DNA from: Myxococcota bacterium
GTDB lineage: Bacteria; Myxococcota_A; UBA9160; JAFDDA01
Length of the DNA stretch: 64,000 nucleotides
Direction of reading: 5' to 3'
NCBI GenBank assembly: GCA_965228475.1
Contig: OZ245817.1
Location: 3,584,001 to 3,648,000 of the forward strand
How positions within the stretch are numbered: position 1 is the first letter of the stretch; each line of letters begins with the position of its first letter. Both the position numbers and the translations under genes were made by a program. Below are positions 17,948-27,451 of this stretch, piece after piece. Under the pieces are notes generated by a model that saw only the letters and a list, made by a program, of their open reading frames with translations, searched no databases and had not been told where the DNA came from.

Positions 17948-20761
17948 ATGCGCAGATCACTCCGCTCGATCGTCGTGATTTCCCTCCCGCTCCTGCTCCT
18001 GGCCTGCCAGGAAGAGATCCCGATCGGCCACCCGGGCTTCGCGAGCCCCCACGCGAGCCCGCTCGCGCTCTCGCCGACGCAGCCCGAGCTGTACGTGGCG
18101 AACACGGCCGCGGACACGCTCGAGGTGATCGACACGACGAAGCAGAAGGTGATGCAGCGCATCTCCGTCGGCATCGACCCGGTGAGCGTCGCCGTTCGGC
18201 CGGACGGTCTCGAGGTCTGGGTCGCAAATCACGTCTCGGACAGCGTGAGCATCATCGACGTCGCCCCGGGCAGCCCGACGCGCTACCGCGTGGTCGGCAC
18301 GGTGCAGGCCTTCGATGCGGAAGGCCAGGTCACCACCTTCGACGAGCCCGTCGGCATCGCCTTCGCGAACGATGCCAAGGCCTACGTCGCACTCTCCTCG
18401 CGCAACGCGGTGGCGATCGTCGACGTCGCCACCCGCAGCGTGACGGGCGAGATCTTCATCCCCTCCCAGGAGCCGCGCGCCCTGGCCGTGCGCGGCGGCC
18501 GGCTCTTCGTGCTGCCCTTCGAATCGGGCAACCGCACGGAGCTCTCGGGCTGCCTGATCCCCGCCTTCGAGCCCGGCTGCACCTTCTCGATCGCCGAGCT
18601 CCAGAGCAACAGCATCGACATCATCCTCACGCGCAACCTGGTGGCGGACATCATCCGCAACCCCGCGACGCCGGACCGCGACCTCCTCGTGTTCGACACG
18701 GCGGACGAATCGCCCGTCGCCGAGGTCTCCGCGTTCGGGACGCTGCTCTACGGCCTGGCCGTGGACTCCCAGGGCGACGTGCTCGTGGCGCTCACCGAGG
18801 CGCGCAACGATGCCAACGGTCTCTCGGGAACGGCCGGCCATGGCCTGGCCGAGATCGAGAACCGCATGTTCCTGAACCAGGTGGCGCGCGTGAACTGCTC
18901 GGCCGGCTGCGACGCCGCCACGCTCTTCGACCTGGAGCCCCTGCCGCCCTCGCAGCCGGCACCCGGGATGGCCCTCTCCACCCCCTTCGGCATCCAGGTG
19001 AGCGACGACGACGCCACGGTGGTCGCCGTGGCCGCAGGCTCGAGCAAGCTCTTCACGATGGACGCGGCCACGGGCCAGGTGCTCGGCCGCGCGGACGTCG
19101 GCGCCATCCCGCGCGGGCTCGTCCTCGCCTCCGACGGCGGCGGCCAGCCGGCCGAGGCCTGGGTCTTCAACGCCGTGGACGCGAGCGTCTCGCGCGTGGA
19201 CGTCTCGGACCCGACGGCCCCGATCGAGACCAAGCGCATCGCCCTCGACGACCCGACGCACCCGGACGTGAAGGCCGGGCGCATCGCCTTCAACGACGCG
19301 AACGGCTCCACCACGGGGACGTTCTCCTGCGCGAGCTGCCACCCGGACGGGAACACCGACCAGCTCCTCTGGAACCTCGGCGCCGTCTGCCTCACGCCCG
19401 GCTGCAACCAGGCCCAGCCCCGCACCACCATGCCGATCCGCGGCCTGCGCGACACCCTGCCGCTCCACTGGGACGGCGTGGTCGGCGACCCCTTCGGCGG
19501 CATCAACGCCGAGGTCGCGGACTCGGGCGTCGACGTCCCGCCCGACTGCACCGACGAGCACTCCTGCTTCCGCGCCCTCGTCGACGGTGCGATGTCCGGC
19601 ACGATGTGCGACCAGGGGGCCTGCCCGGACAACGGCGAAGGCCTGGCCGGGGCCTTCAGCATCGCCGAGCGCGACGCCATGGCGGTCTTCCTGCGCAGCG
19701 TGCCCTACCCGCCCGCGCGCGAGCGGCGTCTCGACGACACGCTCTCGCCCCAGGCCTTCGAAGGCTTCCAGCAGTTCCTGAAGGGCGTCGACGAAGACTT
19801 CCCGGTGGGCTGCAGCCGCACCCAGGGCGCCTGCCATGCGCTCCCGTTCTGGGCGGGCACGAACACGCCGCAGCAGGGCATGGACGCACCGACCTTCCGC
19901 GGCATTCCGGACCGCCACCTGCTGCTCCCGAACGGCCGCTCCGGCATGTGGGGACTCATCTCGCTCACGCCCCTCAACGCGGTGCAGTGGGATCCGCTCG
20001 ACGGCCCGGACGAGCTCTACTCCTGGGGCATGACCTTCGGAACCGAGGACATCCCGCTCGTCAACCGCAACTCGCTCGGCGACGGCCCGTTCAAGCTCTT
20101 CCAGCTCTTCCTCGAGGGCTCCATGGGCTTCGCCGGAAGCTTCGGCCGCCAGGTCACGCTCGATGCGAACACCGCGGGCGACCCCCAGACCACGGCGCTG
20201 CTCGCAGCCCTCGAGCGCGCCGACGACGACGGCGTGGTCCTGCTCGGCGGCAAGGGCACGAAGTTCGGCACGGGGGGCGCCATCGACCTCTCGCTGATCT
20301 ACGACGAAGGGCTCTACGCCCGCGAAGGCGACGACGGCAGCAAGAGCGGGCCCTTCACGCGGCAGGAGCTGCTCGACCAGGCCGCGGCCGGCGAGATCAC
20401 CGTCACCTTCACCGGCCGCATCGGCGCGAACTCCGACGTCGACCACCCGCAGCCTGCCATCTGGCTGCCTTCGCGCTTCCCGCAGTTCGGCGGCCAGAGC
20501 CCGCCGGCGCTTCCGGTGCTGACCACGGTCGCGAGCTTCACTGTGTTCGGCCGGCACGTCGTTCCGGGCGCCGGGCTGCTCGTCGACGGCCAGGCGGTCG
20601 ACGGAACGGTCCAGTGCGAGCTCGGCGGAACGCTCCCGGCCTGCACGGACGAGGTGCTACGGATCGATCTCGCGGCGCTCCCGCCCCTCGGCGACCACAC
20701 CTTCCAGGTGACCACGCCCGGCGGGCTGCTCAGCAACGAGATGCTGATCGAGGTGCACTAG
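17948..20761 (+). CDS. YncE-like beta-propeller plus di-haem cytochrome c peroxidase-like lipoprotein
   Basis: LLAC lipobox; LYVANT, VWVANH..DSVSIID propeller repeats; CASCH; PLHWDG; CSRTQGACH; DAPTFRG. Confidence 0.8.
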   Translation: MRRSLRSIVVISLPLLLLACQEEIPIGHPGFASPHASPLALSPTQPELYVANTAADTLEVIDTTKQKVMQRISVGIDPVSVAVRPDGLEVWVANHVSDSVSIIDVAPGSPTRYRVVGTVQAFDAEGQVTTFDEPVGIAFANDAKAYVALSSRNAVAIVDVATRSVTGEIFIPSQEPRALAVRGGRLFVLPFESGNRTELSGCLIPAFEPGCTFSIAELQSNSIDIILTRNLVADIIRNPATPDRDLLVFDTADESPVAEVSAFGTLLYGLAVDSQGDVLVALTEARNDANGLSGTAGHGLAEIENRMFLNQVARVNCSAGCDAATLFDLEPLPPSQPAPGMALSTPFGIQVSDDDATVVAVAAGSSKLFTMDAATGQVLGRADVGAIPRGLVLASDGGGQPAEAWVFNAVDASVSRVDVSDPTAPIETKRIALDDPTHPDVKAGRIAFNDANGSTTGTFSCASCHPDGNTDQLLWNLGAVCLTPGCNQAQPRTTMPIRGLRDTLPLHWDGVVGDPFGGINAEVADSGVDVPPDCTDEHSCFRALVDGAMSGTMCDQGACPDNGEGLAGAFSIAERDAMAVFLRSVPYPPARERRLDDTLSPQAFEGFQQFLKGVDEDFPVGCSRTQGACHALPFWAGTNTPQQGMDAPTFRGIPDRHLLLPNGRSGMWGLISLTPLNAVQWDPLDGPDELYSWGMTFGTEDIPLVNRNSLGDGPFKLFQLFLEGSMGFAGSFGRQVTLDANTAGDPQTTALLAALERADDDGVVLLGGKGTKFGTGGAIDLSLIYDEGLYAREGDDGSKSGPFTRQELLDQAAAGEITVTFTGRIGANSDVDHPQPAIWLPSRFPQFGGQSPPALPVLTTVASFTVFGRHVVPGAGLLVDGQAVDGTVQCELGGTLPACTDEVLRIDLAALPPLGDHTFQVTTPGGLLSNEMLIEVH

Positions 20762-20791
20762 CTCCGGGCTTCGAGCTCCGGGAAGCGGCGG

Positions 20792-23700
20792 CTAGCTCGC
20801 GCGGTAGGCGGCGAGCAGCTCCGTCTCGCGCTCCCGCGCCTCCGCGAGCTGCGCCTCCTTCACGAGGCCGAACCCGCGCACGCGCTCGGGCAGGTTCGCG
20901 AGCTCCACGGCGACGGCGTGGTTCTCCTGCGAGAGCGTCGCCAGGATCTCCTCGATGCGCTCCTCGTACTCCCCGATGAGCTGCTGCTCGAGCACGCGGT
21001 GCTCGTTGCGGAAGGGATCGAGCCGCGTGCCGCGCAGGAACTTGAAACGCGCCATCACGCCGAGCACGGGCAGGAAGTAGCGGGCCGGGATGTTCCACTT
21101 GGGCATGCGGCCCGTTTCCGGATCCGCGCGCGAGAGGAAGCGCTCGATCAATGGCAGGTGCTGCGGGTTGAAGTGGAGCGTGACCTCCGGATCGCCTTCG
21201 AACTCGCGCCGGATCTGCTCGGCGAAGCGGCCGTCGCTGTAGAGCCGTGCGACTTCGTACTCGTCCTTGTAAGCGAGCACCTTCGCGTAGGCGTGGGCCA
21301 CCGCGCGCGCGAGGGCATCGTTCCCGGGCGCCACCGCCTGCTCGCGCGTGGCGACGCGGTCGACGAGGTTGCGGTACCGCTTCGCCAGGCGCGCGTTCTG
21401 GTAGGCGGTGAGGTGCTCGGTGCGGTGGGCGAGGAGCGCTTCGAGCGTTTCGGGGAGTCCGCCGGACTCGCCGCGCAGACCCGGCCGGGCCGCCGCCTCG
21501 ACCTGCTCGCGGTCGTGGGCGGCGAGGCGCCCCCAGGAGAAGGCGCGCAGGTTCATCTCCACCGCGCGGCCGTTCAGCTCGATGGCGCGCTCGATCGCCG
21601 GCAGCGAGACCGGGAGCCGGCCGAGCTGGAAGGCATGGCCCAGCAGGAAGAGGTTCGTCGCGATCGCGTCGCCCATGAGCGCCGTCGCGAGCGGCGACGC
21701 CGGGAGGAAGTGGCAGCCCTCGCCCCCGGCGGCGGCCTCGATGGCCTGCTCCATGGCGCGGGAAGAGAGGTCGAGGTCCGGGTTGCTCGCGAAGTCCGAG
21801 GTCGGGGCGACGTGGGTGTTCACGACGGCCGTCGTTCGGCCCTTCCCCATGCGCGAGAGGCCGTCGATGCCGGTCGTCACCACGATGTCCGAGCCGATCA
21901 CGAGATCCGCGGCGCCGGCGGGGATGCGCGTCGCATGGAGGTCTTCGGCGCGCTCGGCCACGCGCACGTGGCTCGAGACCGGGCCGTTCTTCTGGGCGAG
22001 GCCCGTGACGTCGAGTTCGCTCACGCCGAGCCCCTCGAGGTGCGCCGCCATCGCGACGATCGCGCCGACGGTGACCACGCCCCCGCCGCCGATTCCGGTG
22101 ACCAGCACGTTGAAGGGGCGATCGAGCGGCGGCCGCTCGGGCAGCGGCAGCGAAGCGAAGCGATCCCCCGCATCCACCGCCTCGCGGGCGGCCTTGCGGA
22201 GCGTGCCCCCGGAGACGCTCACGAAGCTCGGGCAGTAGCCCTTCACGCAGGAGTAGTCCTTGTTGCAGGACGACTGGTGGATGCGGCGCTTGCGGCCGAG
22301 GGGCGTCTCGACCGGCTCGATCGAGATGCAGTTGCTCTGCACGCTGCAGTCCCCGCAGCCCTCGCAGACCTCTTCGTTGATGACGATGCGGCGGTCCGGG
22401 TCCGGGAAGGCCTGGCGCTTGCGCAGGCGGCGCGCCTCGGCCGCACAGGTCTGGTCGTAGACGATCGCGGTCACGCCCGGGACGTCGCGCAGGGTGCGCT
22501 GGACGCCGTCGAGGGCATCGCGATGGTGGATGGCGACGTCCTTCGGGATCGCACCGGCCGGGTACTTCTCGGGCTCGTTGGTCACGACCTCGACGCGCGC
22601 GACGCCCTCCGCCCGGAGCTGGGCCACGATCTGCGGCACCGTGACCTCGCCCTCGAGCGCCTCGCCTTCGATGGGCTGGCCGCCCGTCATGGCGACGGCG
22701 CCGTTCGCGAGCACCTTGTAGGTCACGTTCACGCCGGCCGTCACGGCGGCCCGGATCGCGAGCAGGCCCGAGTGGAAGTACGTCCCGTCGCCGATGTTCT
22801 GGAAGACGTGCTTCGTCTCCGTGAAGGGTGCGAGGCCGATCCAGTTCGCGCCCTCCCCGCCCATCTGGGTGACGGCCAGGGTGTTTCGGCCGGGCAGCCA
22901 GACGGCCATGCCGTGGCAGCCGATGCCGCCGAGGGCGAGGCTTTCGTCGGGCACGACGGTCGACGTGTTGTGCGGGCAACCCGAGCAGAACGCCGGCAGG
23001 CGCATGAGACCGCTCGCCGCGGGCGGCGCGACGGGTTCGGGCGCGGGAGTGAAGCGCTGCGCCGCTTCGGGTGCTCGGCGCCCGAGCCAACGCCGCAGGA
23101 TCTCGGCGACGGGTGCCGGCGCGAGCTCGCCTTCGGCCGGCACGAGCGGCGCGCCGTCTTCGTCGACTTTCCCGAGCAGGCGCGGGCGTTCGCTGCGGTT
23201 GTAGAGGAGCCGCGCGATCTGGTCTTCCAGGATCGGCCGCTTCTCCTCGACGACGAGCAGGTCTTCGAGCCCCTCGGCGAAGCGGCCGATGCCTTCGGGC
23301 TCGAGGGGCCAGGGCAAGGCGACCTTGAACACCTCGAGGCCGAGCGCCCGCGCGCGTTCCTCGTCGATGCCGAGGTCGTCGAGGGCCTGGCGCACGTCGA
23401 GGTAGGCCTTTCCCGTGGTGACGATGCCGAACCGCCGCGCCCCGCCGGCGCCGAAGACCGTGCGGTCGAGACCGTTCGCGCGGACGTAGGCATGGATGGC
23501 CGGGAAGCGCTGCTGGTAGAGCCGCTGCTCGACGGGCAGCGGGTAGTTCGCCCAGGCGATGTGCAGACCTTCGGGCCGCGCGTCCTCCTCGGGAAGGACG
23601 ATCTCCACGCGCGCTGGTCCGACCTCGACCGAGGCGGCGCTGTCGACCGTGTCCGTCAGGCACTTGAAGCCGACCCAGGTGCCGGCGTAGCGCGAGAGCG

Positions 23701-24280
23701 CGAAGCCGTGCAGGCCGAGGTCGAGATACTCCTGCACGCTCGCCGGGTTCAGGAACGGCATCCCGCAGTGGATGAGCGCGTGCTCGCTCTGGTGCGCGAT
23801 CGAGGACGACTTCGCTCCCGGGTCGTCGCCGGTGAGCGCGAGCACCCCGCCCTTCGGCGCCGTGCCCGCGTAGTTCGCGTGCTTCAGGGCGTCGAGGGAG
23901 CGATCGACGCCCGGGCCCTTCCCGTACCAGATGCCGAAGACACCGTCGCGCTTCGGCCCGGGCATCAGGCCGGCCTGCTGGGAGCCCCAGACGGCGGTGG
24001 CGGCGAGGTCTTCGTTCACGCCCGGCGAGAAGCGCACGTCGGCGGCTTCGAGTTCCGCGCGGGCCTGCCACAGGGCGGTGTCGTAGGTGCCGAGCGGCGA
24101 GCCGCGGTAGCCGGAGATGAAGCCCGCGGTGTCGAGCCCGGCGGCGAGGTCGCGCTGCTTCTGCAAGAGCGGCAGGCGCACGAGGGCCTGCACGCCGGTC
24201 AGGTAGACCCGGCCGGCCTCCCGCGCGTAGCGGTCGGAGAGCTCGTAGCTGTGGTCGATTTCGGTCGGGGCGGCGGCCAC
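20792..24280 (-). CDS. Indolepyruvate:ferredoxin oxidoreductase family, fused alpha-beta
   Basis: ISGYRGSPLG, WYGKGPGVDRS, FCSGCPHN, GDGTYFHSG, CEGCGDC, GLAQKNG, YKDEYEVARL. Confidence 0.93.
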   Translation of the reverse strand: MAAAPTEIDHSYELSDRYAREAGRVYLTGVQALVRLPLLQKQRDLAAGLDTAGFISGYRGSPLGTYDTALWQARAELEAADVRFSPGVNEDLAATAVWGSQQAGLMPGPKRDGVFGIWYGKGPGVDRSLDALKHANYAGTAPKGGVLALTGDDPGAKSSSIAHQSEHALIHCGMPFLNPASVQEYLDLGLHGFALSRYAGTWVGFKCLTDTVDSAASVEVGPARVEIVLPEEDARPEGLHIAWANYPLPVEQRLYQQRFPAIHAYVRANGLDRTVFGAGGARRFGIVTTGKAYLDVRQALDDLGIDEERARALGLEVFKVALPWPLEPEGIGRFAEGLEDLLVVEEKRPILEDQIARLLYNRSERPRLLGKVDEDGAPLVPAEGELAPAPVAEILRRWLGRRAPEAAQRFTPAPEPVAPPAASGLMRLPAFCSGCPHNTSTVVPDESLALGGIGCHGMAVWLPGRNTLAVTQMGGEGANWIGLAPFTETKHVFQNIGDGTYFHSGLLAIRAAVTAGVNVTYKVLANGAVAMTGGQPIEGEALEGEVTVPQIVAQLRAEGVARVEVVTNEPEKYPAGAIPKDVAIHHRDALDGVQRTLRDVPGVTAIVYDQTCAAEARRLRKRQAFPDPDRRIVINEEVCEGCGDCSVQSNCISIEPVETPLGRKRRIHQSSCNKDYSCVKGYCPSFVSVSGGTLRKAAREAVDAGDRFASLPLPERPPLDRPFNVLVTGIGGGGVVTVGAIVAMAAHLEGLGVSELDVTGLAQKNGPVSSHVRVAERAEDLHATRIPAGAADLVIGSDIVVTTGIDGLSRMGKGRTTAVVNTHVAPTSDFASNPDLDLSSRAMEQAIEAAAGGEGCHFLPASPLATALMGDAIATNLFLLGHAFQLGRLPVSLPAIERAIELNGRAVEMNLRAFSWGRLAAHDREQVEAAARPGLRGESGGLPETLEALLAHRTEHLTAYQNARLAKRYRNLVDRVATREQAVAPGNDALARAVAHAYAKVLAYKDEYEVARLYSDGRFAEQIRREFEGDPEVTLHFNPQHLPLIERFLSRADPETGRMPKWNIPARYFLPVLGVMARFKFLRGTRLDPFRNEHRVLEQQLIGEYEERIEEILATLSQENHAVAVELANLPERVRGFGLVKEAQLAEARERETELLAAYRAS

Positions 24281-24389
24281 GGGGTCCCATTCTAGAGATC
24301 GCACGCAACCCGCGTGCGGACGGAATTGTAACGTGTTTCACTCTGGCCGCGGGCGGGCAAACCCGCGGCACGAGAGAAGGAGAGGCGGG

Positions 24390-25223
24390 TTGAAGCTCGG
24401 CGTCACCATCCATGCGACGGACCTCGCCATGAGCCCGACGGAGCTCGGCCCCGAGGCCGAGGCGCGCGGATTCCACTCCCTCTTCATTCCCGAGCACACC
24501 CACATTCCGACCAGCCGGCGCACGCCGCCACCCACCGGCGACGCCGAGCTCGCCCAGGAATACCTCCGCAGCCTCGACCCCTACGTCGGCCTCGCGGCCG
24601 CGGCCGCACGGACCGAGCGCATCCGGCTCGGGACGGGCATCGCCCTCGTCGCCCAGCACGACCCGATCGCCCTGGCCAAGGAGATCGCGACGCTCGACTT
24701 CCTCTCGGGCGGGCGCTTCGTCCTCGGCATCGGCTACGGCTGGAACCACGAGGAGATGGAGAACCACGGCATCGACGTGAAGCGCCGCCGCGCCCACGTG
24801 CGCGAGACGATGCTCGCGATGGAGGCGCTGTGGGCGAACGAGGTGGCCGAGTTCCACGGCGAGTTCGTCGATTTCGAACCGAGCTGGCAGTGGCCGAAGC
24901 CCGTGCAGCAGCCGCGGCCGCCGGTGCTGCTCGGCGGCGGGCCCGGGCCGACGCTCTTCGAACACATCGCCGAGTACGGCGACGGCTGGCTCCCGATCGG
25001 CGGCGGCGGGCTGCGCGATGCGCTCCCGAAGCTCCACGCCGCCATGGAGGCGCGGGGGCGCGACCCGAAACAGCTCGAGATCGTCCCGATGGGCGTCTTC
25101 CCGACCGAGGAAAAGCTCGACCACTACCGCGAGGCCGGCGTCACCGAGTGCGTCCTCCGCCTCCCCTCGGCCCCGCGCGACGAAGTCCTGCCCGTCCTCG
25201 ACGAGTACGCCCGCTACCTCTGA
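24390..25223 (+). CDS. LLM class, probably F420-dependent, oxidoreductase
   Basis: PEHTHIP, LDPYVGL, AKEIATLDFLSGGR, PKPVQQP, YGDGWLP; TTG start after AGGAG. Confidence 0.88.
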   Translation: MKLGVTIHATDLAMSPTELGPEAEARGFHSLFIPEHTHIPTSRRTPPPTGDAELAQEYLRSLDPYVGLAAAAARTERIRLGTGIALVAQHDPIALAKEIATLDFLSGGRFVLGIGYGWNHEEMENHGIDVKRRRAHVRETMLAMEALWANEVAEFHGEFVDFEPSWQWPKPVQQPRPPVLLGGGPGPTLFEHIAEYGDGWLPIGGGGLRDALPKLHAAMEARGRDPKQLEIVPMGVFPTEEKLDHYREAGVTECVLRLPSAPRDEVLPVLDEYARYL

Positions 25224-25239
25224 GGACGAACGGCGCGGA

Positions 25240-26142
25240 TCAGGGGAGGAGGGCTCGGACGCGGTCGCAGAACTCCTGGCGGCTGCGGGCGGCGAGGGTC
25301 ACCGTGAGCCAGGTGACGCCGATCTCCTCGAGTTCGGCGATGCGGCTGCGGAAGCGCGCGGGCTCGAGGTCGGCCTGGTCGTTCATGTTCAGGCCGAAGG
25401 GGACGAAGCACACGTCGAGCGGGCGCTCGCGGCCGACGGCCCGGGCGTGCTCGTGCGCGTAGGCGAGGCGCTCGCGCAGGTCGTCCAGGTTCGCGATGGC
25501 GGCGGTACGGATGAAGCCCGCCATCTTCTTCGGCGTCGGCACCGGCAGCCAGCCATCGCCGAGCTCGACGGCGCGGCGGATGGCCGCCTTGCTGTTGCCA
25601 CCGACCCAGATCGGCGGGTGCGGCTTCTGCACGGGCCGCGGGCGCAGCGTGTGGCCCGCTGCCCGGTAGCCCGTGCCCTCGAAGTGCACGCCGTCCTCGG
25701 TCCAGGCCGCGCGGATCGCGCGCAGGGCTTCGTCGCAGTAGGCGTTGCGCCCTTCGAAGTCCGCGCCGAGCGCCTCGAACTCGTCACGCAGGTAGCCCGC
25801 CGCGACGCCGACGATTACGCGACCGCCCGAGAGCGCATCCAGCGTCGCGAGGGCGCTCGCCGCATGGAACGGGTTCCGATACGGCAGGACGAGGATGTGG
25901 GTCTGGAGCCGGAGCGTCGTCGTCGCCGCGGCCGCGAAGGAGAGCGCCACGAACGGATCGAGGGCGTGGTGCCCGCCGGCCTCCTGCACGAAGCGGTCGC
26001 TCGGGAAGGGATGGTCCGTGACGAAGCAGGCGTCGAAGCCCGCCTCCTCCACCGTCCGGGCCATCTCCGCGATGGCTTCGGCCGAGACGAAGTCTTCGCC
26101 GGATTCCACTTGATCCGTCGGCAGTTGAACCGAGAAACGCAT
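25240..26142 (-). CDS. LLM class, probably F420-dependent, oxidoreductase
   Basis: TDHPFP, LDPFVAL, PYRNP, LDALSGGR, PRPVQKPHPPIWVGGNS. Confidence 0.88.
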   Translation of the reverse strand: MRFSVQLPTDQVESGEDFVSAEAIAEMARTVEEAGFDACFVTDHPFPSDRFVQEAGGHHALDPFVALSFAAAATTTLRLQTHILVLPYRNPFHAASALATLDALSGGRVIVGVAAGYLRDEFEALGADFEGRNAYCDEALRAIRAAWTEDGVHFEGTGYRAAGHTLRPRPVQKPHPPIWVGGNSKAAIRRAVELGDGWLPVPTPKKMAGFIRTAAIANLDDLRERLAYAHEHARAVGRERPLDVCFVPFGLNMNDQADLEPARFRSRIAELEEIGVTWLTVTLAARSRQEFCDRVRALLP

Positions 26143-26237
26143 GGGGCGCGATCATACACTTCGCTTCGCCCGAAGCGTGCCTTGTCTCCCCCCGATGCCC
26201 CACCTATGCTCCGCGCCGCGGGTTTGAAGGACGTTCG

Positions 26238-27449
26238 ATGGATCTCCGGTACTCGGAAGCCGACGAGAAGTTCCGCGCGGAGCTTCGCGCCTGGCTCGCG
26301 GAGACCGTGCCTGCGCACGGAACCCCGCCCCCCTACAGCGATTGGGACGCGCGCCGCGCCTATGACACGGGCTGGCAGCGCAAGCTCTTCGATGCGGGCT
26401 ACGCCGGGATCAACTGGCCCAAGGCCTACGGCGGCCGCGACGCCTCCCTGACCGAGCAGCTCGTCTACTACGAAGAGATCGCCCGGGCGAAGGCGCCCTA
26501 CATCGGCGTGAACTTCGTCGGCATGCTCCACGGCGGCCCGACGGTGATCGCCGAGGGCAGCGACGCCCAGAAGGCCACCCACATCCCGCGCATCCTGAAG
26601 GGCGAGGAGGTCTGGTGCCAGGGCTTCTCGGAGCCCGTCGCCGGCTCGGACCTGGCGGCGCTCCAGTGCCGCGCGGACCGCGACGGCGACCACTACGTCG
26701 TGACCGGCCACAAGATCTGGACGTCCTTCGCCCAGTGCGCCGACTACTGCGAACTGCTCGTCCGCACGGATCAGGAGGCTTCGAAGCACGGCGGCATCAG
26801 CTGGCTGATCATGCCCATGGACCTCGACGGCATCGACATCCGGCCGCTCCCGACCCTCATGGGCGAGGGCGAATTCAGCGAGGTCTTCCTCGAGGGCGTG
26901 CGCATCCCCGTCGAGAACCGCGTCGGCGCCGAGAACGACGGCTGGCGCGTCACGAACGTGACCCTGCGCTTCGAGCGCGGCACCGCCTTCGCGAGCGAGA
27001 TGTACCACCTCCAGGAGATCCTCGCGGGCATGGTCGAGCTGGCGAAGCGCGTGACGCGCCACGACGCCGCGGCCTGGGAAGACCGGGCGCTGCGCCGCGA
27101 CGTCGGCCACCTCGCGGCCCAGCTCGACGCACTCTGGGCGATGGTGAAGCTCTCGGTCTCGGAGACGGCCCAGACCGGCGTCCCCGGCCTCGGCGCCTCG
27201 GCCATCAAGCTCTTCTACAGCACCGTCTACCAGGAGGTCGGCGAGCTCGGCATGCGGCTGCTCGGCCGCGCCGCCCTCTCGCGTGAAGACGTCGCGGGCC
27301 TGCCGAGCCAGCAGGTCATCCACCGGGCCATGCAGTCGCTTTCGCTGACGATCGCGGCGGGCACCTCGCAGATCCAGCGCAACATCATCGGCGAACGCAT
27401 CCTCGGCCTGCCGAAGGATCCGAAGCCCGTCGCCGCGGGGAGCCGCTAG
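26238..27449 (+). CDS. Acyl-CoA dehydrogenase
   Basis: WCQGFSEPVAGSDLA, GHKIWTS, EFSEVFL, TIAAGTSQIQRNII. Confidence 0.93.
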   Translation: MDLRYSEADEKFRAELRAWLAETVPAHGTPPPYSDWDARRAYDTGWQRKLFDAGYAGINWPKAYGGRDASLTEQLVYYEEIARAKAPYIGVNFVGMLHGGPTVIAEGSDAQKATHIPRILKGEEVWCQGFSEPVAGSDLAALQCRADRDGDHYVVTGHKIWTSFAQCADYCELLVRTDQEASKHGGISWLIMPMDLDGIDIRPLPTLMGEGEFSEVFLEGVRIPVENRVGAENDGWRVTNVTLRFERGTAFASEMYHLQEILAGMVELAKRVTRHDAAAWEDRALRRDVGHLAAQLDALWAMVKLSVSETAQTGVPGLGASAIKLFYSTVYQEVGELGMRLLGRAALSREDVAGLPSQQVIHRAMQSLSLTIAAGTSQIQRNIIGERILGLPKDPKPVAAGSR

Positions 27450-27451
27450 CC

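Noticed and set aside
20730..25124. 1464-aa and 1125-aa ORFs overlapping the IOR gene
   Set aside because: Arg/Pro/Ala-rich alternative-frame or antisense shadows typical of high-GC DNA; the IOR frame carries all the motifs
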